This document shows positions 35,661-44,566 of a stretch of DNA of 64,000 bases, piece by piece. The position numbers were made by a program, and so were the translations under genes. The stretch lies in the NCBI GenBank assembly GCA_905210085.1, contig CAJLVJ010000001.1, positions 95,689-159,688 of the forward strand. Reading direction: 5' to 3'. How positions within the stretch are numbered: the stretch's first letter is position 1; every line of letters starts with the position of its first letter. A model generated the notes under the pieces. It was not told the origin of the DNA, made no database searches, and was given only the letters and a program-made list of their open reading frames with translations. The DNA comes from an uncultured Collinsella sp. (GTDB lineage Bacteria; Actinomycetota; Coriobacteriia; Coriobacteriales; Coriobacteriaceae).

Positions 35661-37691
35661 CTACAGCTCGTTGGCCGCGTGATACGCCGTGCGAATGGCG
35701 CTCGCAATGTCGGCAGTGCGCTCGCCCGAGCAGTCGCCCACGCAGGTCACGGGCACCGTCACGCCGTCCAGGTCAAACGCGTTGGCCTTGGAGCCCACGG
35801 CCATCACCACGTAATCGCAGGCGATCTTCACCGGCTCCTCGGCGCCGTCCTCGGTGGTGCGAATGGCCTCCACGCCCTCGTCGGTAATGGCGGTCAGGCG
35901 GGTCTTCACGTGCTGCTCCACGTTGTGCTCTGCAAAGTCGCTCATAATCAGCGGCAGAATGGTCTCGGACTCGCCCGCGGCAATCTTGTCGAGCATCTCC
36001 ACGATCGCCACCTCGCAGCCGTGCTGCAGCAGGTACTCGGCAGTCTCGGTGCCCACCAGGCCGCCGCCAATGACAGCGACGCGGCCCGTAAGCTCCGCCT
36101 TGCCGGCCAGCACGTCCCAGCTCGAGACGACCTTCTCCGAGTCGGCACCCGGAACGGGGATAACCACGTCGTGCGCGCCCACGGCCACAATCGCGGCGTC
36201 GGCGGCGTTGAGGTCCTCAGCAGTAGCGGCATGGTTGAGCTCAACCTTCACGCCCAGGCCGGGCAGAATCTTCTCGTAATACTCGACCGAGCGCATGATC
36301 TCGTCCTTGCGCGGAGGCGCGGCCGCCAGCACAATCTGGCCGCCCAGATGATCGCTCGCCTCGTAGACGGTCACATCGTAGCCGCGCTTGGCCGCCACGC
36401 GTGCGGCCTCCAGGCCGGCAATACCGCCGCCCACCACGGCGATCTTCTTGTCGCCCTCGCCCGGCTTGATGGCGACGGTCGCCTCGTCGCCGTTCTCGGC
36501 GTTGAGCACGCACGAGATGTACTTGCGGTTTTGAATCGCATCGACGCAGCCCTTGTTGCAGTTGAGGCACTCGCGGATGGGCTCACCCGTGGCGGCCTTC
36601 AGCGCAATGTCGGGGTCGCACATGAGCGAGCGGCCATAGGCGATGATGTCGGCCGCGCCGTCTTCCAGAATCTTCTCGCCGGCCTCGACCGAGATGACAC
36701 GGCCCACGGTTGCCACCGGCACGGAGACCAGGGCCTTGACGCGCTCGGCCACGGGCAGCGTCCAGTTGTAGGGCATGGCGCCCATGGGCGGAATGGTGTC
36801 GCCCATGTTGCCGGTGTGGTTGGCCTGTGCAACCTGGATCATGTCGATGCCCGCGCCCTCGAGCAGCTTGGCGAACTCGCAGGCCTCGTCAGGCTGCAGG
36901 CCGCCCTTGCCGCGCGGCGTGCCGTCGGGGTTCTCCATGATCACGGGGAGCTTGTACTCCATCATCAGCTGCGGCGCGGCTTCCTTAATGGCAGCGACGA
37001 CCTCGAGCGCGTAGCGAACGCGGTTCTCGAACGAGCCACCGTACTCGTCGGTGCGCTGGTTGAGGATGGCCGAGCACAGCGAACCCACCAGGCGATCGCC
37101 GTGGACCTCGATGGCGTCGATGCCGGCCTGCTGCGCACGGGCGGCCGAGGCAGCGATGGCTTCCTTGATCTGGGTGAGCTGTTCTACGCTTGCCTCGTTC
37201 ACAAAGTGCTGCATGTCGTGGTGCAGCTTGGCGTAGGCCTGATTGCGGATCTCGTTGGACTCGGCCATCTTGGCGGCAAAGGTCTCCTCGTCGCCGGCGG
37301 CCTTGGCCTCCTGCGCGGCCTTGGCAGCGGCCATGGATCCCATGACCATGCGGCCGACACCGGGCACGTCATACTCGGGGTGGAACAGCTGCAGCGCGAC
37401 CTTGGCGCCGTGCTTGTGGACGGCGTCGGCCAGCGCCTTAAACGTGGGGATCTGGGCGTCGGTTGCCAGCTTGGGCGTGGGGCTCGCGGTCATGACGGGA
37501 GCAACGTCACCGATGACGATGTAGCTCACGCCGCCACGGGCCAGGCGCTCGTAAAAAGCCAGGCTGCGCTCGCCAATGGAACCGTCGCGCTCCTCGTAGC
37601 CGGTGGTCAACGGCGGGAACATAATGCGGTTCTTGAGCTCAAGGGGGCCAACCGTAATGGGCTGGAGCAGCTTGGATGCAGGTGCGGTCAT
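35661..37691 (-). CDS. OYE-like FMN domain fused to an FAD/NAD(P)-binding domain (2,4-dienoyl-CoA reductase / enoate reductase family)
   Basis: An N-terminal TIM-barrel NADH:flavin oxidoreductase region is followed by the ECLNCNKGC Fe-S motif and then the IAVVGGGIAGLEAA dinucleotide-binding fold. Confidence 0.85.
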   Translation of the reverse strand: MTAPASKLLQPITVGPLELKNRIMFPPLTTGYEERDGSIGERSLAFYERLARGGVSYIVIGDVAPVMTASPTPKLATDAQIPTFKALADAVHKHGAKVALQLFHPEYDVPGVGRMVMGSMAAAKAAQEAKAAGDEETFAAKMAESNEIRNQAYAKLHHDMQHFVNEASVEQLTQIKEAIAASAARAQQAGIDAIEVHGDRLVGSLCSAILNQRTDEYGGSFENRVRYALEVVAAIKEAAPQLMMEYKLPVIMENPDGTPRGKGGLQPDEACEFAKLLEGAGIDMIQVAQANHTGNMGDTIPPMGAMPYNWTLPVAERVKALVSVPVATVGRVISVEAGEKILEDGAADIIAYGRSLMCDPDIALKAATGEPIRECLNCNKGCVDAIQNRKYISCVLNAENGDEATVAIKPGEGDKKIAVVGGGIAGLEAARVAAKRGYDVTVYEASDHLGGQIVLAAAPPRKDEIMRSVEYYEKILPGLGVKVELNHAATAEDLNAADAAIVAVGAHDVVIPVPGADSEKVVSSWDVLAGKAELTGRVAVIGGGLVGTETAEYLLQHGCEVAIVEMLDKIAAGESETILPLIMSDFAEHNVEQHVKTRLTAITDEGVEAIRTTEDGAEEPVKIACDYVVMAVGSKANAFDLDGVTVPVTCVGDCSGERTADIASAIRTAYHAANEL

Positions 37692-37833
37692 GGATATTCC
37701 TCTCTTGTAGGCGCGGCGGCGATGATGCCGCGTAATTATCTAGAGGATATGGCATAGGGGTACAGCGGCACAACGGAAATCGGCGAATATCAGGTGGCGG
37801 CTGGTGGATGGGACGGGGCGGCCCGTCGGTTTG

Positions 37834-38130
37834 TCTCAATCTGTAACATCTACTCGGCAAAACCGGGTCTTACTGTTACAGATCGAGATATTCCCCTCGA
37901 CCCAACCTCAACAATCTCAATCTGTAACAGCTAGGCCCACTTTTGACCCCTACCTGTTACAGATCGAGACAAACCAAACCCGCCTGCTAGAAAATCTCAA
38001 TCTGTAACAACAACTCGGCAAAATCCGTCCCTCGTGTTACAGATTTAGACAAACACGACCCAACCCACCGGTATATCTCGATCTGTAACACCTAGCCGCC
38101 CAAATCGGGTCTAGATGTTACAGATCGAGA
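37834..38130. repeat. Array of eight 15-mers (TCTCRATCTGTAACA) in strictly alternating orientation with 25-26 nt spacing
   Basis: Forward copies lie at 37834, 37915, 37995 and 38076. Reverse-complement copies lie at 37874, 37955, 38035 and 38116. The gaps are 25, 26, 25, 25, 25, 26 and 25 nt. Confidence 0.85.
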
Positions 38131-38180
38131 TTTTGTTTGAGAGGCCGAGAATTGGACCGAAAACACGGTCCCGGAATAAC

Positions 38181-38214
38181 AAAAAAGCTCGCCGGCTAGG
38201 CCGACGAGCTGCAA
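38181..38214 (-). terminator. Intrinsic terminator downstream of the tRNA
   Basis: The minus strand reads AGCTCGTCGGC-CTA-GCCGGCGAGC followed by TTTTTT. Confidence 0.7.
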
Positions 38215-38219
38215 GTTCT

Positions 38220-38296
38220 TGGTCGCGGGGGCAGGATTTGAACCTACGACCTCCGGGTTATGAGCCCGGCGAGCTACCAGACTGCTCCACCCCGCA
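38220..38296 (-). tRNA. tRNA-Met (anticodon CAT), initiator-like
   Basis: The hand-folded 77-nt cloverleaf is TGCGGGG-TG-GAGC-AGTCTGGTA-GCTC-G-CCGGG-CTCATAA-CCCGG-AGGTC-GTAGG-TTCAAAT-CCTGC-CCCCGCG-A-CCA. It is near-identical in layout to bacterial tRNA-fMet, including three G:C pairs closing the anticodon stem. The 1:72 pair is a weak U.G. Confidence 0.85.
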
Positions 38297-38493
38297 ATGT
38301 CTGGGCGCCTCATGTGCGCAAGAAAGAATATTACGCGGGAGTTCGGCAAACGGCAAGAAAAATCTCGTAGAGCATAATTCCTTCATATTTAAACTCCTCA
38401 GCCCCTATCACCGTAAACGAATCGCAGCCGAGCGCCGTCGACGGCACGTATACAATGGTGCGCGTCCTTTTACGCCGACACCGGGAGTAGACA

Positions 38494-39266
38494 TGCTGCT
38501 CGCTATCGATATGGGAAATACGCAGACGGCCATGGGCCTGTTTGACGGAGACGAGCTGGTGCAGTCGTGGCGCATGCCCACCGACCGCTCTTATACCGCC
38601 GACGAGATCCATGTGCGCCTGATGGGCTTCTTTAAGATGTACGACCTCTCGCTCGGCGCGGTCGACGCGATCGCCTTTGCCGGCGTGGTGCCGCAGCTCT
38701 CGCGCGAATGGCACGCCGTGGCCGACCGCATTGCCGCGGACGCCATCGTCATCGGGCCGCAGACGGCCGCGGTGACCAAGCTGCGCGCGGCGCGTCCCCA
38801 AGCCGTAGGCGCCGACCGCATCGCCAACGCCGTCGCTGCCGAGACCTTCTACGACGCGCCGGCGATCGTGGTGGACTTTGGCACCGCAACCAATATCGAC
38901 GTCATCGATGAGGACGGTTATTACATTGGCGGAGCGATCGCGCCGGGCATTCGCATCTCCATGGACGCGCTTGCCGCCCGTGCCGCCAAGCTCGCCAGCG
39001 TGCCGCTCGAGGCGCCCGAGCACGCCATCGGCCGCGATACCGAGGAGTGCATCAAGGTCGGCGCCGTGATGGGCGCCGCCGCCATGGCCGAGGGCCTGGT
39101 CGCGCGCATGAAGCGCGAGCTGGGCCGCGAGGATGCCACCGTTATCGCCACGGGCGGCCTCGCCGGCATCGTCGCCGATTCGACCGATGCCTTCGACGTG
39201 GTCGATGGACAGCTCACCATCAAGGGTATCTGCGAAATTTACCGCCGCATGCAGGAGCTGGGATAG
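38494..39266 (+). CDS. coaX: Type III pantothenate kinase
   Basis: MLLAIDMGNTQT is the typical CoaX N-terminal motif, and GADRIANAVAA and ATGGLA are also present. The start is at ATG 38494 after GGGAG. The upstream part of the track ORF overlaps the tRNA and is discarded. Confidence 0.85.
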
Positions 39267-39323
39267 AGCAGGGGCTTAAGTCGAGCACGCCCGATGCCAC
39301 AGTCCCCGCAAAGGCTCGCCAAG

Positions 39324-39366
39324 CCTATTCCTCAAAATCGAAAAATTTTCAGTTTTGAGGAATAGG
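39324..39366. terminator. AT-rich 14-bp hairpin between convergent coaX and birA
   Basis: The stem is CCTATTCCTCAAAA...TTTTGAGGAATAGG. Confidence 0.55.
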
Positions 39367-39463
39367 TCCGAGGTGCTACCCCGCAGTCACGCAAAGCCCT
39401 CCCCGGTGCAAGCCGAGGAGAGCTTTCGTTGTCATCGTTATCTTTGAGCGCGGGCGCCTCGCG

Positions 39464-40165
39464 TTACAGTCCGCGAATTCGTACAGCCTCGGGCGGAAAC
39501 TCCTGCTCGCCGGCATCGGTCTTGATGGTGGCGCGACCCCAGATGTCCAGGCCCGCAAACACACCGACCGCAAGCGGCAAGCCGTTGGGAGACACCGCCG
39601 CAACCTGGCGGCCCAGCAGCGGCACCATGTCGAAGTACTCGCCCAGCACGGGAGCCAGCGGCCCTGCGGCGCCCTGCGGCGTGTTGGCAACAACCGCCCA
39701 GGCGTCCACGCGGGCCAGCATGGCGGCGGCCAACTCTTCGACCAGCGCTTCGTCGGCCATATCCACGCCAAGCTCACCCAGCGCCGCACGCTCAATATCA
39801 ACCGTCACCGCGGCAAACATGCCCGCAGCACCGGCACCGCCGTTCACGGTAACACGCGCGAGCGACGTCTCAAACGCAGGCGCACCGCACACGATATCGC
39901 TCGGCCACTGGATACCTACCTTGCCGGCAAGGCCCAACCCCGGCGTCGAAGCCGTGCCCACAAGCGCGTCCATCATGCCCATAGCCGCCACAAACGGCAG
40001 GCCGTGGAAGGCATGCATGTTCACATCGGGGCGCACGACCAGCGAAAACATCAGCGATGCATCGCCCGCGCTCCACGCGCACCAGCCCGCGGACATGCCC
40101 TCGCGGCCCGCGTCGCGCGCCGCGTCGAGCTCGGTACCGGCGACAACAGCATTCATCTCGATCAT
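39464..40165 (-). CDS. birA: Biotin--protein ligase (catalytic domain only, no N-terminal HTH)
   Basis: GIQWPSDIV corresponds to the KWPNDI motif of BPL-family ligases. At 233 aa it has group I architecture. Confidence 0.7.
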   Translation of the reverse strand: MIEMNAVVAGTELDAARDAGREGMSAGWCAWSAGDASLMFSLVVRPDVNMHAFHGLPFVAAMGMMDALVGTASTPGLGLAGKVGIQWPSDIVCGAPAFETSLARVTVNGGAGAAGMFAAVTVDIERAALGELGVDMADEALVEELAAAMLARVDAWAVVANTPQGAAGPLAPVLGEYFDMVPLLGRQVAAVSPNGLPLAVGVFAGLDIWGRATIKTDAGEQEFPPEAVRIRGL

Positions 40166-41896
40166 CTACATACGCCCCAATTCGCCCACGATATGGCCCA
40201 CGCGGTCCTCGGGCTCCTTGACCTCGACACCGTTGTAGCGGAAGAACCGCGCCGGGTCGTGCATCAGGTCCTCGAGCGGCACCAGCACAAAGTCGCGTTC
40301 GCCGATCAGCGGATGCGGCAGGCGCAGCTTTTTGCCGCCGTGGGTCTCGCCGTCCATCCACAGCAGGTCCAGGTCGATGGTGCGCGGACCGTTGGCCTTG
40401 GCCTTTTTGGAGCGGTCGCGCCCCAGCTCGGCCTCGATCTTCATGAGCTCGTCGAGCAGCACCAGCGGCGCAAGCTCGGTCTTGATCTCGATGACGGCGT
40501 TGGCAAACGCGTCCTGGCGCGTCTCGTAGGCAGGCTCGCTCTCGTAAATCTTGGAGGAGTTGGACACGCAGGTGAGTGGAATCTCGGCGATCATCTCGCG
40601 TGCGGCGCGGATGTTGTCGCAGCGATGCCCCAGGTTGGAGCCCACGGCCACAAACGCGCGGCGCGGCTGTGGCTTGGCAACCGCCCAGTAGCCGTTTAGG
40701 AACTGCGCAAAACCCGCGGCGTCGTGCACGCGCACGATGTTGGCACCGGCCTGGATGGCGCCCAGGCACACGCCAAACGTAGCGGCATCGCGCTCGGCGG
40801 CCTCGGTCACGCCCGAGACGGCGCCCACAAAGCGCTTGCGCGACACGGCGCACATGAGCGGATAGCCCAGTGACGCCATCTTGGCAGTCTCGCGCTGGAT
40901 GACGATGTCCTCGTTAGTCGACTTACCAAAGCCCGGGCCAGGATCGATGCAGATGCGGTCGCGCGACACGCCGGCATGGATGAGTGTGCGGGCCTGGTCA
41001 GACAGAAAGCCCATGACGCGGCGCATGATGGGCGCCGAATCGGGCAGGGTGAAGCGGCGGAGCTGCGAGGTGGGCACGTAGGCTTCCTCGCGGCGGGCGC
41101 TGCGGCGCATCATGGCGGCCAGACGGTCATTGGACTCCGATGCGGCCTCGGTGGCTGCGGGCGCGGGCGCGACGGTCTCGGCGGCAGCAGTCTGCTCGGC
41201 GGCGGGCGTCTCCTGCTCGGTTGCAGGCTCGGACGTGGGCTCCGGTTCGCCAAACGGCAACGAGGGCTGCACCACGCCGCCCGGAAGCTTGGCCTCCGAC
41301 TTAGGCTCACCCAGCAACTTGCCGCGACGGCGGCGAGCCGGCTTCTCGGCCTCACGCGCGGCCTCGGCAGCCGCCTCGCGCGCCTTCTCGGCAACAAACG
41401 CCGCTGCCGAGGTATCGAGCTGCACCGTTGCGTGCGTGCGGGTGGGCGCGGCGACCTCGCCGGCATGCATCACGATGACGCCGCAGGTGCTCGTCTTAAC
41501 AAACTCGACCATCTTGGGATCGGTGAAGCCGGTCACGTCGTTGACGATCGAGGCGCCGCAGCGCACGGCCGCCTTGGCAACCGCCACATGACGCGTGTCG
41601 ATCGAGACGATGGCGCCCTCCTTGGCCAGCGCGCGCACCACGGGCAGCACGCGGCGAGCCTCCTCGTCGGGGTTGACCGGGGTAAAACCAGGGCGCGTGG
41701 ACTCGCCGCCCACGTCGATGATGTCGGCGCCGGCGTCGAGCATCGCTAGGCCGTACTCGATGGCGGCATCCGGGTCGAAGTGCTCCCCGCCATCGCTAAA
41801 CGAATCGGGCGTCACGTTGAGGACGCCCATGATGCGCGGACGGTCAAAGCTGAGCTCGTACTTTCCGCACCGCCATGTCTTGCTGTCGTTCGCCAT
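40166..41896 (-). CDS. folP: Fused dihydropteroate synthase / HPPK (FolP-FolK) with a large low-complexity insertion
   Basis: The DHPS motifs are GVLNVTPDSFSDGG, DVGGESTRPG and IDPGPGFGKS. The C-terminal HPPK motifs are AFVAVGSNLG and GPRTIDLDLL. The start is at MANDSKTW (ATG 41896) after AGGAGG. Confidence 0.85.
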   Translation of the reverse strand: MANDSKTWRCGKYELSFDRPRIMGVLNVTPDSFSDGGEHFDPDAAIEYGLAMLDAGADIIDVGGESTRPGFTPVNPDEEARRVLPVVRALAKEGAIVSIDTRHVAVAKAAVRCGASIVNDVTGFTDPKMVEFVKTSTCGVIVMHAGEVAAPTRTHATVQLDTSAAAFVAEKAREAAAEAAREAEKPARRRRGKLLGEPKSEAKLPGGVVQPSLPFGEPEPTSEPATEQETPAAEQTAAAETVAPAPAATEAASESNDRLAAMMRRSARREEAYVPTSQLRRFTLPDSAPIMRRVMGFLSDQARTLIHAGVSRDRICIDPGPGFGKSTNEDIVIQRETAKMASLGYPLMCAVSRKRFVGAVSGVTEAAERDAATFGVCLGAIQAGANIVRVHDAAGFAQFLNGYWAVAKPQPRRAFVAVGSNLGHRCDNIRAAREMIAEIPLTCVSNSSKIYESEPAYETRQDAFANAVIEIKTELAPLVLLDELMKIEAELGRDRSKKAKANGPRTIDLDLLWMDGETHGGKKLRLPHPLIGERDFVLVPLEDLMHDPARFFRYNGVEVKEPEDRVGHIVGELGRM

Positions 41897-41991
41897 GAAC
41901 ATCCTCCTAAAATGCCCACGCCGCCGAGCTTGGGGAGCTGGCGGCGGGGTCGCTTTGCACTCAGTCTTTCTATTGTATCCGCGCGCGCGGG

Positions 41992-42744
41992 CTAGAACGC
42001 AAACGCGGCCGCGATGTCGCAAGAAATCAGCAGGTCGGCATTTGCATCCTGATCGGTGGGAGCAAGGTTGCATATGGCCAGCGTATCGCCGGTAAAGTAA
42101 CGCGTAAGGCCTGCCGCCGGATACACCACGAGTGAGGTCCCGCCCACAATGAGGGCATCGGCAGCGGCGATGGCGGCAACGGCACCGGTCAACACATGCT
42201 CGTCGAGCGGCTCTTCATAGAGCACTACATCGGGCTTGATGCGGCCGCCGCACGCGGGGCACGCAGGCACGCCCGCGGCATCCTCGTGCTCGCGCGAGCA
42301 AATCCATTCGGCGCTATAGACCGCGCCGCATGACTGGCAAATGTTTCGATGGACCGATCCGTGCAGCTCAAACACGCGCTGTGAGCCGGCCATCTGATGC
42401 AGGCCGTCAATGTTTTGCGTCACCACGGCATTTAGCTTGCCGGCGCGCTCCAGCTCGGCCAGCTTGGTGTGGCAGCGGTTGGGCTTGGCGCCAAGCGCGA
42501 TCATCTTGGTGCGGTAGAAGTCGAAGAACTCGGCCGGGTGCACCTCGTAAAAGCTATGCGAGAGCATGGTCTCGGGCGGGTAGACAAATTGTTGGTGATA
42601 TAGGCCGTCCACGCTGCGGAAATCGGGAATGCCACTCGCCGTGGAAACGCCCGCGCCGCCAAAGAAGACCACGCGCTTGTGGGTGCCGAACAGCTCCGCC
42701 AGCGCGGCGGAGGCCTGCTTGGAGTCCGTTATCGCCTGCGTCAT
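41992..42744 (-). CDS. cobB: NAD-dependent protein deacylase (Sir2 family)
   Basis: GAGVSTASGIPDFRS, TQNIDGLH and the Zn ribbon CQSCG...CPACGG are present. The start is at MTQAITD after GGAGGA. Confidence 0.85.
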   Translation of the reverse strand: MTQAITDSKQASAALAELFGTHKRVVFFGGAGVSTASGIPDFRSVDGLYHQQFVYPPETMLSHSFYEVHPAEFFDFYRTKMIALGAKPNRCHTKLAELERAGKLNAVVTQNIDGLHQMAGSQRVFELHGSVHRNICQSCGAVYSAEWICSREHEDAAGVPACPACGGRIKPDVVLYEEPLDEHVLTGAVAAIAAADALIVGGTSLVVYPAAGLTRYFTGDTLAICNLAPTDQDANADLLISCDIAAAFAF

Positions 42745-42880
42745 ATGAGTCCTCCGTCCTTGTTGGTCGGGCAGCGTCGGGCGATGTCCCAGCATGCGGC
42801 CTTTGGGTCAGCACGCGCGGTGCCCACCACCGCCCCTGTTGCGCTAATCTTAAGCCTGCCAACCCCGTCGAAAGGACACC

Positions 42881-43699
42881 ATGCCTCAGACTTACACTTT
42901 CGCCTCGTGGAACGTCAACGGCCTGCGCGCCGTGCTCAAAAAGGACCCGAGCTTTATCCAGATCGCGCAAGAACTCGACGTCGATATCCTGGCGTTGCAA
43001 GAGACCAAGTTGCAAGAAGGCCAGGTTGATATTGACCTGCCCGGCTATCGCCAAACCTGGAGCTACGCCGAGCGTAAAGGCTATTCGGGCACTGCGGTCT
43101 TTAGCCGCCAGGAACCGCTGCACGTGCTGCACGCCGACGCGCTGTTACCCTACGCCGGCGAGGGCGAGGCGGCCGAGCTCGTCGCCCAAGCCGCAACCGA
43201 GGGCCGCGTCTGCGCGTTGGAGTTCGACAAGTTCTGGTTTGTGGATGTCTACACTCCCAACGCGCAAAACGAACTCGCCCGCATCGACGTGCGCATGGCC
43301 TGGGATGATGCCTATCGCGGCTTTTTGAGCGCGCTTGAGCGCGAGACCGGCAAACCCGTCGTAACCTGCGGCGACTTTAACGTGGCGCACGAGGAGATCG
43401 ACCTTAAGAACCCCAAGTCCAACCGCGGCAACGCAGGCTTTTCGGACGAGGAACGCGGCAAGTTTACCGAGCTGCTCAACGGCGGGTTTACCGATACCTG
43501 GCGCGCGGCAAACCCCGACGTCGAGGGCGTCTACAGCTGGTGGAGCTACCGCTTTAATGCCCGTAAGAACAACGCAGGCTGGCGCATCGACTACTTCCTG
43601 GTAAGCGATGCAATCGCCGCCAACGTTCGCGACACCGGTATCCGTGGCGATATCTTCGGCAGCGACCACTGCCCCGTCACCCTCACGCTAGAGCTCTAG
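42881..43699 (+). CDS. xthA: Exodeoxyribonuclease III (AP endonuclease family 1)
   Basis: FASWNVNGLRA, LALQETK, GDFNVAH and SDHCPV motifs are present. Confidence 0.9.
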   Translation: MPQTYTFASWNVNGLRAVLKKDPSFIQIAQELDVDILALQETKLQEGQVDIDLPGYRQTWSYAERKGYSGTAVFSRQEPLHVLHADALLPYAGEGEAAELVAQAATEGRVCALEFDKFWFVDVYTPNAQNELARIDVRMAWDDAYRGFLSALERETGKPVVTCGDFNVAHEEIDLKNPKSNRGNAGFSDEERGKFTELLNGGFTDTWRAANPDVEGVYSWWSYRFNARKNNAGWRIDYFLVSDAIAANVRDTGIRGDIFGSDHCPVTLTLEL

Positions 43700-43758
43700 C
43701 CCCAAGTAATTTCCTGGGAGACAGAGGAAAACAGATCATGCGACCCCTCTCCCCCTAT

Positions 43759-43827
43759 AAGTTGCGGTGGAATAGTTCCTGTTTGGGCAGCAAATAGCCA
43801 AAAACGAGAACTATTCCACCGCAAGTT
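43759..43827. repeat. 20-bp inverted repeat hairpin between convergent genes
   Basis: AAGTTGCGGTGGAATAGTTC at 43759-43778 matches the reverse complement of 43808-43827 with one mismatch. Confidence 0.55.
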
Positions 43828-43848
43828 CGTGAGGGAACGCGAAATGCC

Positions 43849-44562
43849 CTACAGCCCGTATTTCACGACGACACGGTTAATGCGACGGCACCAAGGCTTG
43901 TACAAGGCGGCCAAGAACACGCAGGTCGCGAGGCCGTGTGTGATATCGAACGGCACTGCCGTGGCAAGACGCGCCATGGCACCCGCCCACGTGAGCGGTT
44001 GAACAAAACCGATAATGTCGTAGGCGTTGATCACAACGCCGTACAGCAAACCCGAAGCAAAGCCGTAGGTCAGCAGCGCCGGCATACGCACGGCGCCATC
44101 GGCGCGATCAAAAGCGCCGGCATGCGCCAGCGCACCGCCAACGTATCCCACGAGCCCCCAGGCATACATCTGCCACGGCGTCCACATGCCCTGCCCAAAA
44201 AAGAAATTGCTGGTCAGCGCCGCCAACGCACCGACCATAAAGCCGTTACGACGACCGAGTGTCGCCCCGGCGATAATGGCGATGGCACTCACGGGTTTAA
44301 AGTCGGGAATGGGTCCAAACAGGATGCGCCCCGCCGCCGCCAGCGCCGCCAGCACCAGCGTGGGCATAATCTGACGCAGGCCTGGACGCGATGCCTCATA
44401 GCCCGCAAAGAACAGCGCAAGCACCAACGCCACCACAACCAGCATGGCCAACGCTGCCTGCTCAACACCCGCCAGCAACGCGGCAGCCATCACCGCCGGC
44501 ACCGCCAACAACAGCGGGATCTCCAGTTTTGCAAGCAAACGCGAGAAACGACAGTCCGTCAT
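43849..44562 (-). CDS. ECF-transporter substrate-specific (S) component-like membrane protein
   Basis: It is about 237 aa with 6 hydrophobic helices and lies immediately downstream of the EcfT and fused EcfA-EcfA genes. The start is at MTDCRFS, 4 nt after the ATPase stop. Confidence 0.6.
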   Translation of the reverse strand: MTDCRFSRLLAKLEIPLLLAVPAVMAAALLAGVEQAALAMLVVVALVLALFFAGYEASRPGLRQIMPTLVLAALAAAGRILFGPIPDFKPVSAIAIIAGATLGRRNGFMVGALAALTSNFFFGQGMWTPWQMYAWGLVGYVGGALAHAGAFDRADGAVRMPALLTYGFASGLLYGVVINAYDIIGFVQPLTWAGAMARLATAVPFDITHGLATCVFLAALYKPWCRRINRVVVKYGL

Positions 44563-44566
44563 CCCA

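Noticed and set aside
37849-38115. The idea that the 25-nt centres between the 15-mer inverted repeats are invertible segments present in alternating orientations.
   Set aside because: On re-alignment, centres 1, 3 and 4 are related in the same orientation. Centre 2 is too diverged to orient. There is no evidence for inversion.
37834-38130. The 15-mer array as a CRISPR locus.
   Set aside because: The repeats are only 15 bp and alternate in orientation. The spacers are 25-26 nt and mutually related. There are only eight repeats, and the window has no cas genes or leader.
38220-38296. Firm assignment of the tRNA as the initiator species.
   Set aside because: This is not fully rejected. The anticodon stem has the three G:C pairs typical of initiators. 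However, position 1:72 is U.G rather than the classical C:A mismatch, so I call it only initiator-like.
38115-38493. The N-terminal 126 aa of the track ORF 38115-39266.
   Set aside because: This part overlaps the tRNA gene and its terminator on the opposite strand. The CoaX motif MLLAIDMGNT begins at 38494, which has its own RBS.
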